A stretch of DNA of 64,000 nt from Amoeboaphelidium protococcarum X5 (GCA_023515725.1 JALDTO010000246.1:427014-491013), one strand, 5' to 3'; shown: positions 12,810 through 26,428, numbered from the stretch's first letter. Translations and numbers: made by a program. The notes: generated by a model from the letters alone, not told the origin.

Positions 12810-14171
12810 ATGCGACTCTTTGTACGCGTATCATTCTTTGAAGGGTCGCGTATAGAGTTTGAGAATTGTCGTGCTTATGAATTAAAAGAAGTCGATAAAC
12901 TCGTTGTGATAGATTAAGGCCATCAATATTCGTACGCGGTGAACAATGATGATGAGAGTATCGCTGATATTGCGAGTAAGTTGTTTAATGGTTCAAGTGA
13001 TGATTAATCGACTGAACAAGGAGACTTTGTGGTGGCTTACATCGATACTTGGAATGTTTAAAAAGATTCATTATAATTGTATTATTATGCTGGAGATGTC
13101 AATGCTCGAGTGAGTACTGTTTTTAGAGATGGAGATTACATCAAGTTGATATTTTGTCTTGATCTGTACCAAGAGTAACATCGGAGATAAATAATACAAG
13201 AGTCTTTAATTAATCAAGCTAATGATAATCTAGGCAGTAAATAGTTTGATCAGTAATCCAATGCCTCTGATAATGGGCAGGATTAATCGCCTGAGGAAGT
13301 TCCTATCACACTGTCACGACAAATAGATTCATCTAAACCACCTAGTAGAAAAGTAGCTAAAAAGTGGCAAACTTTGGCTGCGAATAACGTGCTGACGAAT
13401 ATTGTGATTAAAGATGTTGGAGGATATGCTGATATATCAAAATAGTAATTGAATGTGCCATTTGATGGAGACGCGTTTTCTGTGATGGATTTGGTGTTAT
13501 TAGATCAGGACATTTAGAGCGAGATGAACGAAGATGATCGAACCATAACGCGTTCATACACTTGGAATAAGGTTCTAGCTTCTACAGAAGCCGAGTATTA
13601 TTAGAAAGATTCCGTTCAAGATGATGATCATGTCGATGAAGATTCAAAATTAAAGCATGTAAAGAGTTTAATTTCTGGGTAAAGCAGTAAAAGAAGAGCT
13701 GAGACGGATGATGATGATGGCAGCACTCTTAATGTATCTTCTACTACGTAGAGTACAGATATGCTCAATGATGTGATAAATGACCACAACATTGATATCG
13801 ACATGCTTATATCATTAAAAGATTTCAGCAATGTAGAGGTTGGCTTTTTGCTGGCTTTCAAGACTTTGAAGATGAATCAACACACATGTTGCCCGTATTG
13901 GACAGATTGGCGATATGGACGTGTTGTCAAAATAAATTCTTCGACTAGTGTCGATGTAAAGTTGCAATGTGTGCGTTAGAGTACCAGTTAATAAGTCCCT
14001 AAGCGATAGTCGCGCTAGAGAAAATCTAAGAGTTCTTTGTTACTGGCTGGTAATAATCCCAATGACTAATTAGCCTGTTCTGCTGCGGATTAAATACAAA
14101 GTCTTGAAGTTAATTAAACGACTACTATCCGGTGTTTATCATCAACGATAAAGAAAGAGGCTTGTGAATGA
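12810..14171 (+). CDS. Coilin-like protein, ~453 aa
   Basis: N-domain ending ARVSTVFRDGDYIKL (cf. coilin ARLVRDND), low-complexity middle, C-terminal Tudor-like VGFLLAFKTLKM...P..TDWRYGRV (cf. coilin VGEKIAFKLLEL...P.VSDYKEGRI). Confidence 0.55.
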
Positions 14172-14269
14172 ATTCAAGTGCATAATAGAAAGAAATATCA
14201 TTGATACATTACTTGTAATAAAATTTACATTCTCCGACACTTTGGAAGCGAATGCGCTCACTTCATAAC

Positions 14270-15277
14270 TCATTAAGGCAGACGCGAATAGACTAAGCCT
14301 TACTAACGCTACTTGCGACGACGATAATAGAACCCACCGCCAATAATAGCGCCGACAATTACCAGGGCCATGATCACCATACCGGCAATAAGTCCAGCAT
14401 TGACACCACCACTAGCATCATCGACACTACTACCAGGATTATAGTCGTCCAACTGACGTACATCGTTGACATGAGCATAACCTTTCAAACCAGTGGATGG
14501 TATGGTCTGAGCGTCATAAGCAAAACCGCCGCGATCATTATCAACCAAATCAAACTAGACATCAGCGTCCTACACAGCCTTCTTCAACTCTTCAAATCTA
14601 CCATCCACTAAGAAAGCCGGCACCTGAACAATCACTTCTCCCTTATTCTTTTTAGACAAAAAGTTACCAAATTGGGCCAAGAATACAGTGTTACTAGGTA
14701 GATCCATTCTCTTTTCAACAGCCTAAACAAGATGGTTAATTCCTTTCGCCTCACGCGAGTATTCAAGAGGCTCGCGATTAATGGAGAAAAGATCCATTTC
14801 CATCAGCAGATACACAAAGTTAGAAACTGGGTCACAGAAATCTTTCGCCAAGATGCTATTACATGTGCCATCTTGGTCGACATTGTCAAAGTAGAATACA
14901 GCCTTAGACGCGTGATTTTTGTCAACACTGACCAGAGTTTGTGCGCCGAGCTCGTTAGGATCAAATCTGGCCTTTGGAGCCTTGGAAAAGAAGTCCTTCT
15001 TTTGACATGGCAATTCAACAGGGTGACTAGTCAGCTTACTCTTTAAATTGGTAATCTTACATTCGTACTTGTCCTTAGACTCAGTACATGAGGTCTGATA
15101 ACTTGTTTTGAAGGAGGTGGAAGACGAAGAGCAAGTTTAAGTACCAGTCTTGTATTCAAGCGAGAATTGAGCAGGACACGTCTAGACAACAGCACAAATA
15201 GGCTAACTCTCACTTATCGACACTGCTTTGCGATCGCCGACAGCGAAATGCCATTAATGAGGTACACCCTTTTCCAT
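14270..15277 (-). CDS. Hypothetical single-pass membrane protein (Cys-containing ectodomain, C-terminal TM); 5' exon(s) probably upstream
   Basis: 336-codon frame joining track ORFs 14723-15013 and 14309-14548; TM AGLIAGMVIMALVIVGAIIGGGFYY followed by RRRK; no signal peptide at the 15277 ATG. Confidence 0.6.
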
Positions 15278-16155
15278 AGTCTTTAATATGTATTTTAGAG
15301 CGCGTAGTTTACTATAATGTCAAATGCTTGAAAAGAAGAATAATGAGGGACTCTAAGTCTTAAATAACGTTCGAATCACTCAGGGGTCTCAGTTTACGGT
15401 AATCAGCACATCCAACAGTTTATACAAAGTATCTTTGATAGATTTTATCAATTAAAATCTGTTGAACGTGCGATCATACAACGTAAGACTCAGTGGCACA
15501 GCACCATCGCTATTGTGGCTTGAGACGCGTATGGTGGAGTGAGAACTGCAGTTCACTCTCACATTTTAAGCGAATCACAGAAAAGGTCAGGCGCGCCTTC
15601 AGCCGCGTCAATTCCAATGTGGGCGTTTCTCACTCCCTGCAAATTACTCTTCAATCAGGAGCATGTTTAAACTTGCGTTGGCATCCCTATTCAAAATAGA
15701 AGGTTGGCCATAATTAGAAGACTCTTTTACTATGACACCTCTCTACATTCAGCCTTGATGTGTACTGATATAATTGCGCACGACCAAAAACTACCATGTT
15801 AGCGTGAGCCGACGTATCATAATGCGTGATATAAATTTAACAAAATTTATTGCGCTTGATCAAAATATAAATAGTTTATTGATCAACCGATGATTAACTT
15901 CATTAGATGTTTCATAGACGCATTGGTCACTTCTCATTAAGCGGCAGTCTATATCTTGTGTCAAGATTTTAACGTTAACTTGCTTCCTCCTATTTATAGT
16001 AACTACTTGAAGTTAGCAGTTAAAATTAGATTTTGCAAAGCTGGACCACATTGTGAGATTCGTCCGAGCCATTTTCTGCCAAGCAAAAAATTGGGTTTTT
16101 GACTATAAAAGCACAATCGGACAGGTTTCACTTCTTTTCTGCAATAAAATCAGAA

Positions 16156-18244
16156 ATGGCAGATCCCCCTATAGAGGTAGCAAATATCGGTGGTGCCTTA
16201 CCGCCGCGTAAACGTCAACGAGAAGTACATTGTAAAGCATGTGGTCGTGACGATCACAAGCGCTCATCCAGTAAACTGTGTCCCAATTATGTCCCTCGTG
16301 CACGAAATGCTGCCAAACCACAAGACAATATGGGAATACCTGTGGCTGAAGCCCAAGTAGCTGTACCTATCGGTTTAAATGTATTTTGCAAACTTGACGC
16401 GGTAAAGCAAGAGATCAGCGATTTGGTTTCGCGTTGTACTGATCTCAAAGTGCAAGCATGCAGACTTCTTCTGTCCTTCGTGCTTAATCATTAGGTATAC
16501 AATCCTGACAGTCCAATGCCAGACATCCGCTTTGGCGCAAATGGATGAATGCGTAACTTCTTCAACTCTTTGATTGCTAATCCTAGGCGGCGTGATCTGC
16601 GTAATCGTAATACCTGCAACTGGGCGGCTTTAAACGAGTATATTGAAGCGCACTATGTACCTCGTCGTCGCGTTGACTTGTTTTGGTGTGACATGCGGGG
16701 CTACTCAAACATGGCTACTACCTCGGCTTCAGCTCACAATGACGATTGCGCTAGACATATAAGCACAAATATGCCTTCAAGGCTGAAACAATGGCTGCGC
16801 CACAAGTTTCGAAAGCATCTCTGCTTCTGTTTGGAGGAAGATGATGTTAATACTCTTGCTATTTACGTCTTGGCCTTGATAGATGATCCGCCTGAAGATA
16901 CTGAAGAAATGCCTCCTTATCCTGCAGAAATTATTGATAATTGTGTTAACGGAGAATTGGTGGTATATTACCTGGACTATTACGAGACGCGCGCACGTTA
17001 GCACATCCTTTGCAATCTTCCAATGGACAAGCCTAGTCTACAGAACAACTGGCATCTGTATCTGAAATCCATGTGGCGTATCCTTCGTACATTTGAAAAT
17101 AACCATGAAATGTATGAGGAGGAGTATCTGCTGAACAATGAAGGTCCTCTGCTTAACGTTTACGCGTTGTTGCCTTTAACTGGATTTACGCAGAAGCACA
17201 TCCTGATCACCTGCACTGAAGGAGATTTGTGTTGCTGCTAATCTGCCAGACGTTCGTCAGATGAATGCTCAAGCTTTGTGGTCACATTGTTTCAATTTGA
17301 ACAAGGTCTCCACTACTGGAAATCAGAGAAGGCGTTTTGGCTACTCCATAACATCCGATGGTGTTAGCTGTTCTGCTTCCGTTTTACGTCCTGCGTGTCC
17401 TGCCCCTCCTGCTAGCCGCTACGGGTTTGCTTTCGATGATACCGGATATCAAGAACTGGATGTGAACCATGAAACTCGCGTTATCGGGATTGACGTCAAT
17501 CGTGGCGTGCTTCTGGCTGCTTCTTGTGGTCCTGATGACCGAATCCCAGATGTTCCGACCGAGCAGAGGCCGTTTGCAAATGGAAAGCATGAGCTGGTAT
17601 ACACGACTGCCAGATCGCGTGAAGAGAACGGAGAAAATTTAGGTGAAAAGAAGCGGGCTGAATGGAATGAAAGAGCTCCAGAGATCGTTAATGCCATGGC
17701 CCACATTCCTTCCGCTAAATCAACTTCGTTTCTGGGAATCATCTTACATTTGCAGTACGTACTGCAACATAGAGATGCATTCACTGGCTTCTACCGTCCT
17801 GAGATGTGGCGAAAGCTGAAGAGAAAGCTATTCTCCAAGCGTCAAAGAGCCTATGACAATTTGGCGCGTATGTTAACTCTCCGCCAAGATGGTTAGTTTG
17901 ACCATGACACCATCATAGCATATGGCGCTGGCAACTTTGACACTGCTTCTCCTGGATATCCTGCGATTCCTAACAAGCGGCTGTTTTATGAGCTGAAGAA
18001 ACGCTGCAGAGTCCGCTTGGTCCCTGAGTATCGAACCAGTCAAAGATGTAGTAATTGTGAGTGTGAGCTTGTTCAATCACGAATATGGAGAATTAAGCAT
18101 TGTCCAAATAACAATTGCTTAACTATCTGGCACCGTGATGTGAATGCGGCACGAAACATTCGCTACATCTTTCTGGCAAGAAATCGTGGCGGTGGTGAAA
18201 GGCCGGTTCCATTTCGATACGATCCTCCTCGCCCTCAATAATGA
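16156..18244 (+). pseudogene. Fanzor1 (eukaryotic TnpB-like RNA-guided nuclease), disrupted by an in-frame TGA (16546-16548) and a frameshift (~17212)
   Basis: N-terminal knuckle CKACGRDDHKRSSSKLCP; SITSDGVSCS; RuvC-I VIGIDVNRG; IIAYGAGNF; RuvC-II VRLVPEYRTSQR; Zn finger CSNC...CPNNNC; RuvC-III WHRDVNAARNI. Frame 1 up to HILIT, then frame 2 from ALKEIC. Confidence 0.9.
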
Positions 18245-18330
18245 TCAGTCCAGGCTACGCGCGCAACAGTCTGATCGGCGGTGAAAATCCGTTGCTGTCC
18301 CTAATTCGCTTAATTTGTGAAAAATACAGT
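18185..18330 (+). ncRNA. Candidate omegaRNA scaffold of the first Fanzor
   Basis: Stems GATCAG(18243-48)/CTGATC(18271-76) and GGCGG-TGAAAAT-CCGTT (18277-93) directly after the stop codon. TnpB/Fanzor omegaRNAs overlap or follow the ORF 3' end. Confidence 0.4.
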
Positions 18331-18400
18331 ACTGTTTAATATACAATTATCTTCATTAATACATTCATTGTTTAATAGTGCCCAACGTTTAACTATCTGA

Positions 18401-18505
18401 GACAGAGTTGTTGACACCCTGATTAGCACTATGAATGCCTGCTGGGATCAAGATTTCTCACAAAGACCCACTACGCAGAATGCTTTGGCAATGCTTGAAA
18501 AGTGA
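18401..18505 (+). pseudogene. Orphan 3' fragment of a protein kinase gene (subdomain XI)
   Basis: DRVVDTLISTMNACWDQDFSQRPTTQNALAMLEK-TGA; CW..D...RP motif; no upstream kinase sequence seen. Confidence 0.65.
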
Positions 18506-18766
18506 CGCTAAAGTTTACATGTGTTTAACTCACTTATTTTTGCTGTTTGAATTGAAATTATTTAATGCTTGGCCGTTTCCAACGGATTAAATATCGCCGT
18601 TGGTGGTAACTTTCGCTTTTTGTGATAATTCATGATCTTTGATTGGAAGATATTTATAAAATCGTCTAATGATTTTCAATCACCTTTACTCTCGCTAATC
18701 TTCTTCAAGTGTAGCATTTTACATTCATCCAAAGCATAGCAATTGCAGTATAGCCATACAGTAGTG

Positions 18767-20114
18767 ATGTTTCAATGCGCGCTAGTTATTTTGATCGTCA
18801 TCTCTCAGCTGACGTGGGCTCAATTCAATTATAACTACTCGTCTACTTACTTCAATCAATTTGGTCTCCACGTCAATGGTCTTGCTGTTGACACTGTAAA
18901 TCAGGTGGCTTACATCAGTGGCTCTTCAAGTGTTGATTAGTATGGCGTAACAGGCTTTGGACGCTCTGATGCAAAATTCCTGAAGGTCAGTCTCGTCAAC
19001 ACTTCTGTGCTGTGGTATATTTCAGTTGGCTCGAGTTAGTTTGATTTGGGCGGAGCAGCGTATCATTAGCTTAATAATAATAAATAAGTGCAGGCAGTGG
19101 CATTCAATCCTTAACCTCAAATCGTGGCATTTGGCATCACATCATTTGCGTAACCTTTGCTTTCTATAAACTCTGATGGTAGCCCTGGAGTGATGTTTTA
19201 CCATGCTAACTCTACACTTATTAATGTCGTGCCTTTCCCTGTCTCTTTTAATTCATAAGCTGGAGAGTAAGCTGAGTAACATGCAATGATCTATCACAAC
19301 CACTCAGACTCTTTTCTAGTGTCGACTAATAATGCCAACTCTGCGTAGATATTTTCTGTAAGAGTCAATGGCTCTGTCTCTGTGGTTTATAACGTCACCC
19401 AAGGCGTGACAAAGTTTCTCAAGCTAGCCTATGACTGGGAATGTATTTACGCTGTCGGGTACACCACAACATCACTGTATGCTCCTTTAACTGGCATTGA
19501 AGATATGATTGCGGTCAGGTTATCCAGTCTAAACTACACTGTCATTTCTAGTGGCTAGTTGGGTGCTGCTGGTGCTTACTCAGATTTGGGAGCTGTCAAA
19601 GTCATTGACGAAGTTGTTTACGTCGGTGGTTACGTCACTACCAACGACGGCGCATTGAACGCCACATATGGTTAAGGTGGTCATGTTATTGGATTCTTTA
19701 ATAGAGCAGGCAGGATTTTACTAAGAGGTGCTTTCGGTCAACTACATGGATTTTATCGCACGATGGACATACATAGAGATTTAACTAGCAGAATCTTTAT
19801 TGTATCTGGCTTCATTAGCGAATCACAGGATTTAGGTGCCGGTGCATTTATTGCCTATCTTTTGCCGAATTACTCTTTCAATTATGCTGAGTTTGTTGTC
19901 AATGGAACTGTTAGTGCTGCAACCAACATTGAGTACCCTTACGTGTTAGTTGAGCAATATACATAATAAAATGGCGGACATGGCCCAATCTTGCTGGAGT
20001 ATGGTAAAAATGGATTACAAGTCGCTTCGTCCTCCTAGATGCCTTTGAAAGTAGTCTCTACGCTGCTGCCCATCAGCACAACACTGCCTCCAACTACAAG
20101 GACTACAACGACTT

Positions 20115-20193
<79 letters not shown>

Positions 20194-21850
20194 CACGACA
20201 AGTACCACTTCCACGTCAACAACAACTACAACAACGCCTTAGATGTCATCGAAGACTAGCACCACAATAACAACTACCCCTGTCGCTATCACATCTACTA
20301 CGAAGCCAATGACAACCACCAGTTCAGCTTCGACAACTACTACTACATCAACGACATCTAGTACGAAGACGACTACTACCACAACTACCACCACTCCTTC
20401 GACAACGTCAACTTTGGTCATAACTTCATCCACTACATTTACTGTGCCGCTGACTACATCATTAATAGCTGGAGAAGTGTCTGATTCGTTAAATAGTACC
20501 CTATCAACATCAAAAGAAGCTTTGTCCTCTACATTGCAATCAACTTTTGTACTCGTGTTCAACTATACGTCTAGTCTACAAAAGCTGTCTTCACTGGCGA
20601 CCTTAACATAGTTTGCCCCTTTATCAAGTTATTATACTTTTGATGACACAGTGTAGGATAGAAAGTCAATGTCTAGTGGTAATGTAGTCAATTTGTTCAC
20701 CACCTCCGATGTTGTTAATTCAGGCTAGAACACTTCTTCGTCCGCATTGGTGACCTATGTAGCGGCCGCTGGCGCTGGAGCACTTATTCTACTTATCGCA
20801 TTGGCGCTGCTTATAATTTGGTCAAGAAGACGCAGAAATAAGCCGATTATGCATAAAATGGACACATTTTCCACTATGGTATCGGCTACTGTGATGACGG
20901 TGAACACGACATCTGGAGGCACGACTTATGTTGACGGAGATCGCCAAATATGTGTACCAGGTTTTATGTAATTGAGCGAAGGTAGTCATTTTGTCAAAAA
21001 CTACGGCAAGCCTTTGTCAGAAGGATCTTAAGGTGCTGTGTATATTGCAAAACTATTTGGCCTTCCGTTTGGTCACCCATTGCCTTAGATGGCCAATTAG
21101 GAGTGCATCGCCAAGTATCAAAAGCTGTCGACTGGTGATGATGCATTTCTCCAAGAGGTATCTCTGATGTATTGCTTCATGAACAGCAATAATGTCGCCA
21201 AGATCATTGGATTTTCCTCTCAGCCATAGATTCTACTTATGCAATATTATCCGTATGGGTCTCTTGATCGGTTTATTAAAGGTAAATCTTTGCTGAATTC
21301 GTAGATTGATTGGTCATCCGCTGTAGTTCATAAGCTGACGGTGGATATTTTCAGCGCTCTGAATGTGGTTCACTCTGCATTTGTCTCTCACGATGACATC
21401 AAGAGTGCCAATTTCCTTCTTGATCTATGTGATGGTCAAATAACCGCATTACTGACCGATTTTGGTATTTGCGCTGTTTTGAATGGTGCAAAGACAGTGA
21501 CTGGTATACGGTACAACGTACTTTAAGGTGCCACTCTATCTTATGCTGCTCCTGAAGTATTGCAGAATCAATTTGTGCCTGTTTAGCAGCATACTAAGCG
21601 CGATATTTACGCAGCTGGTATCATAATCAATGAGCTGCTCTCCCGAGAAATGGCGTGGTTCGAAATAAAGTCATTAGATGTCTCACAAATGGTGTTGAGA
21701 GGTGAGCGACCTCAGTTGCATTTGAAAATTGCTGATGATGAGACGGTGAGAAGAATAATCAGTATTATGCATGCCGCCTATCATCAGGACTATATGCAAA
21801 GGCCATCCGCTGATCTAATAGTCGAGTCTTTAGGCTAAATCAAATAATGA
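18767..21850 (+). CDS. Receptor-like (TKL-type) kinase: signal peptide, beta-rich ectodomain, Thr-rich mucin stalk, TM, kinase; ~1027 aa
   Basis: One frame joining track ORFs 18743-21838. MFQCALVILIVISQLTWAQ signal; TM ALILLIALALLIIWSRRRR; GSQGAVY, HDDIKSANFLL, TDFG, YAAPE, RGERP. Confidence 0.88.
20117..20191 (+). repeat. (ACT)25 microsatellite encoding poly-Thr in the receptor kinase stalk
   Basis: Perfect ACT run in frame. Confidence 0.9.
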
Positions 21851-21948
21851 AATCGAATGAAATCTCGTTTAGATGTATCAAATTCCCAAATTTTATCGCT
21901 ATTGTTTCTTTTTCTTGTGTTTCGTCATCGACTACCAAAGTGAGTAAA

Positions 21949-23253
21949 ATGTTGAAAACGGTTAAAACTTTGACGCGTGAACTGAATTCGATTCACCAGA
22001 GCACCAGGCGTTATGCTATTGGTACCTATCAGAGATTGTATTCTACTGAAACTAGTGACTCTGCAGTATTACCTGAGAAGGAAGAATCCCTGAGTGATAT
22101 TGCGCTGTAGACTGATTTGAAGGAGAAGATCGCGAATAGACAATTTGAAGATGCATTACGCGTTATCTAAAACTTGGATCAGTCAAGCAAGCAGGCTATG
22201 GGTGAATTTTTCTAGACTATATTTGCAGAAATAGGCACCAAGACTCCCAGAAATGCCAATACTAAAGAAGAGAATATCCGCGACCCTTTACGCTTTGTTA
22301 GCAGCGCGTTTAATGCCAGTCGTCTATAGCTCGGCGATTTGACCAACGCTGATGCTCGCCGCTCCGTCCTGATGGCCAAGAGTTAATTAAATCACACGAG
22401 AGATATCGAGAATTGGCTGAAGGTTCGCGAACCGTTTACTGTTAATGAACTCTGTATGATGTCAGATGGTTGTGTTAACAGGTGGAATCTACCGATGGCC
22501 AAGGCATTGCTGTTAAAGGCTGCGACTATTGAGAACTTTGAGAAGGAGATTTAATATCTGGACTCCTCCACGTTTTACGCTCAAAGACTGCTTCAGAATT
22601 TGTTGAAGGATAATGAGAAGAAGGATGCCCTGACTTTACTGAGAGATCAGGTTGATGTGGAGGCAATGAAAAAGAGTCTAGAAGCTGCACAAGCTGAAGG
22701 AGTGTATTATCGCGACATGGTACTGAGCAGATATCTGAAGACTGTAGGCGCAATGGAAGGAGTCGATCACTCATTGCAAGCCTTTCAGAATCATATGAAA
22801 ATGCCTGATATTAAAGCCTCTGGAAGACCGCCGTTCGCCATTCTATACGCTGGCCTGTTGAACGTGGCAGAGACTCACTCGGCTGAGAAGTTGTTTTTGC
22901 GTCTCTTTGATGAGATCAAGAAGTATCACTCTCACACCAAGAACGCGCTAAACACTAGAATGATTGAGTCGTTGGGACTGAATTTTATTGTGACTGGAGT
23001 CTGTCCAATGTTGTTGCGTCTGCAGCGTGATTATGATGCTATCAATTTGTTGAAAGCGGCACTGCCTTTGGATTTCAAGTATCAGGATAAGAGAATGCTG
23101 ACTGCGTTGAAGGATATCCAGAAGACTCTTGAGTATAAGAACTTGAAGTACGCCGCAGAGTTGAATTCAGTGATTGTCAATGCCAAGGATGTCAGCCAGA
23201 ACAATGAGCCACTTTGGAAATCTGCTGATTTCAAGAATATTTTAAAGAATTGA
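21949..23253 (+). CDS. Hypothetical helical protein, probably mitochondrial, ~434 aa
   Basis: Presequence-like MLKTVKTLTRELNSIHQSTRRYAIGTYQRLYST; continuous frame to TGA 23251-23253. Confidence 0.65.
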
Positions 23254-23319
23254 TAGAAGCGATATAGGAGTAAAATGAAGTTGAATAATCAAATTTATTG
23301 ATATATAATTTCTTTAAGA

Positions 23320-24090
23320 TCAAGTATTTTTAGGAGGGTTTAGTTGGGCAGTCCAAAGGATCGGGACGTCTGAATGCACAGTTATTTTGACACAATACGC
23401 GCCGCATTGGCCATCCTTTACAACATCTTCTTTTATCAAGTTTGAGGTGCTAATCTGAGAGCCTATACTTGTCCTCCATTCGTTAACATCCCATTATAAG
23501 CCGGTGGTTGAGATCACAGCGTCCCCAATAAAAGGAATCAGTCCGCAAACTCTCCCTTAATACCAGTCATTGTGATAAAGCACATTGTGATCACCCTACT
23601 ACAACAGGCACATCCAGTTTGAATCTTTGAGATCAAGTATTAAAGAAGGCACTTGGAAATTGGTGAAAGAATGCGGATATTGATACAGAGTATGAATAGT
23701 GGACATGCTCTAATCAAACCGGTCCCCGATTCCACCAATGATAATCAGATAATCAAACATCAGATGTGATAGACCATGTAAATGACTAAGACATTTCTGA
23801 AAATCTGTCGTGTCTTGATCATCAGACTATACAATCTCGCAATTACTTCCAGAAGATTTCAATTTCTATAGCACGTCATGAGTGATAGAGTCCATATCAC
23901 CCACTGCAAAGTCTGGTATTAGCCCATAATCTAATAGCTGTCCTGCAGCCCCATCCGCACTTATTCTCACCACAGCCTTATTGAATATACTTTTGACCCA
24001 GTCTTGATACTCTGCTCTGAATGGTGGATTTAGTACAATCAACGCATACTTTTACTATTCCAAAATCTGTCTCAGATCTATAATCGTCAT
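23320..24090 (-). CDS. THI80: Thiamine pyrophosphokinase, ~256 aa
   Basis: ALIVLN, ISADGAA, PDFAVGDMDSI, DQDTTDFQKC, GGIGDRFDQ, CGLIP, TTGLQWDV, ISTSN, PILWT. Confidence 0.9.
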
Positions 24091-24247
24091 ATTTTCCTGA
24101 TACCGTAGATATCTAAGCGACTATGGTTGAGTGGGGGTAAGGCATTAAGAAGAAATACAACATCAAATCAAATATAAATTTCAAAATATTATTTCATACA
24201 AAAAGAATTCATAAAGTTCATAACTAGATATACATCACAAATCATAA

Positions 24248-24610
24248 TCATAGTACATGCTTGTAGTAGTCAATGCGTCTTTAATGCCATTGATTCTCTT
24301 ACTGGTGTTAACCGCAGTGAGACATCAACTGGACGCGTTTCATCTCGTCGCCATGCGCGTCATGATAGATCTGCTTGAGATCGGCAGCCTTTAGTGGTTT
24401 CACATTAGCACCGGCACTTACTCTGCAGATTATAGAAATGGCCTTCAGAATCTCTTGATATTCCACTTCATGCTCACTCTTTTGTTTGATTAGTATCCAC
24501 TACTTTTACTGCGCATCATCAGGCACAGCATTGGTGTCACTCTCACACTGATATTCCTTCGTATTAGTGAAAGGCTTAGTAATCTTTTAAAGCAAGCTTT
24601 TAAGAAACAT
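24248..24610 (-). CDS. Small hypothetical protein, ~120 aa
   Basis: ATG in an A-rich context, open for 121 codons under table 6 (MFLKSLLQKITKPF...); no family recognised. Confidence 0.35.
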
Positions 24611-25036
24611 TTTTTATTCAATAGCAGCAAAAGATTGTTAACAAAGGATAAGAAATTGAAGAGTGCAAGTCATATGATCAACTTTAAATCTGAAGCTCCA
24701 AAAGACCGGAAGTGTAACACAGATCTGCCAAGATCAATCAATCACTTGATGACATCACATGACTATTTTAAATCTGTATAATTACATTCATTCCTGAAAC
24801 GGAATAAATATCACCTGAACTGAAAAGCCGATTATGCAAAATCCCTGCAGAATTTTTCAGGTTGCAAGTTTTAGCATCGTGAATTTTACACAAATCCCTC
24901 ACTGGCGATTTTGCAATGACGAATGTTATGATGATTCACGCGCCTTTCTCTTTTCGGCCCACTTTATAGAAATTTAATCGCATCCTATTGTTCCCGTTCA
25001 TATCATTTAGTAAAATTAATATTGCTTGTATATCAT

Positions 25037-26428
25037 ATGAGGATCGATACTTTAATCGTCTGTGTATATGGAGTACTGCCGGCTGCCCTGGGTACACAGA
25101 TACCGTTTTACTTGAGAAATCAGATCGACGTTTTTGATAAAGCCTTGGTGGCGATTAATGATCAATCCTCATTGTCAATTTAATCCATGCAGGCGGCGGT
25201 TAATGGTACATTGACAGCAGATGATCAGCAACAATTTTGGTCTGCAGTAATGAGCGATTCTGGAATAGATCAGCTGTATGGCACTGTAAAATGTCGCTTC
25301 AATGTACCAGACTTGCCTACCGATTGCGATGCCTAAGATTTGTACGCCACTTTAGTATAAGCGCAGGGAGTAAATAGTGTGAATTCTTCATTCAGTATTA
25401 GCGCAAGAGACATCAAGATCATTGCAAGTTTTGGAGACTCTATGACTGCTGGATTGTTTATGAATGGCAATAAAGCCACGCTTTTCCGGCACATGTTCAA
25501 GTTGGGTACTGAAGATCGAGGCTTGATTTGGTCCACTGGTGGAATCGGCAAATCCGTCACTCTGGCCAATATACTGTCGACAGTTTAAGGCTAAAGTGGC
25601 TCAGTTGATCAAGATGTAACACTCTATGGTAAAGCTTATTAGCGCACACCCACGTTTACTTCAGTCCTTGATTTGAATGTTAAAGAGTTCAACTTTGCTG
25701 AATGCAGTCTTCCATTTGATCAACTGCATAGCCAGGTTGCCGTGTTCAAGTAACGATATAGAGAATTAATTACGGCGTAGCCTTAGTACGAAAAAAAATG
25801 GAAATGGCTTCATCTTTTTGGTGGTGGAATCAATCTGTGCAATCATTGCTTTCCTGAAGAGTTCATGACTGACATGGGAGATCTGCGTAAGTATGTGAGA
25901 AAGTTGGTCGGCGATTTACACTAGGAATACCAAAGTTAATACTTTGTCTTGTCCTTCTATACTCTTTTCAAAAATCCTAGTTAGATTTACGATTTGGGAG
26001 TGGGGAGTGGGAATTCGTTAAGACGTCAATGGTGTGCTTCTGTTTAGAAGAATGGCGATTTTTGTCGTTGTATGTTCAGAGACGCGTAGACGCGTTAGAT
26101 TGCTGACTAATGGGTGCTTAAATTTAATCTAATGTTGGTTGACACCATAGCTGAACTATAAAATGAGTATCAGAGTGATACGTTCAGGCTGAATCTCATA
26201 CGTACGATGGAGTCTGTCGATATGAAAGAGCTGGGTGAAGGATTTCTATCAGGCACCGATTGCTTCCATCCGTCGCTGTGTTTTAGTCGATTGATCGCGT
26301 ACAAACTGTGGGAAGATGCTGTGAGTGGTCAACTACATTACACAGATGACCCGTCGTGGTACGCCAAGCGTCCTATTAATTGGACGAAATGTTTAGAGTA
26401 GAGCCAAGAATACAATTTGTATCTGTGA
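25037..26428 (+). CDS. Secreted SGNH/GDSL lipase (phospholipase B1-like)
   Basis: Signal peptide; DIKIIASFGDSMTAG; WSTGG..VTLANIL; WKWLHLFGGGINLC; catalytic DCFHPS. Confidence 0.85.

Larger units (their letters stand above)
15960..18400 (+). mobile_element. Putative non-autonomous Fanzor1-carrying insertion (boundaries approximate)
   Basis: Fanzor ORF with no transposase. Right side abuts an orphan kinase 3' fragment at 18401. No convincing TIR or TSD identified. Confidence 0.45.

Noticed and set aside
15971-18394. AACGTTAACT / AACGTTTAACT as target-site duplication or termini of the first Fanzor element
   Set aside because: Short, imperfect and AT-rich; no extended inverted repeat supports it.
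20239-20562. Val-rich minus-strand ORF
   Set aside because: Antisense of the Thr-rich receptor-kinase stalk.
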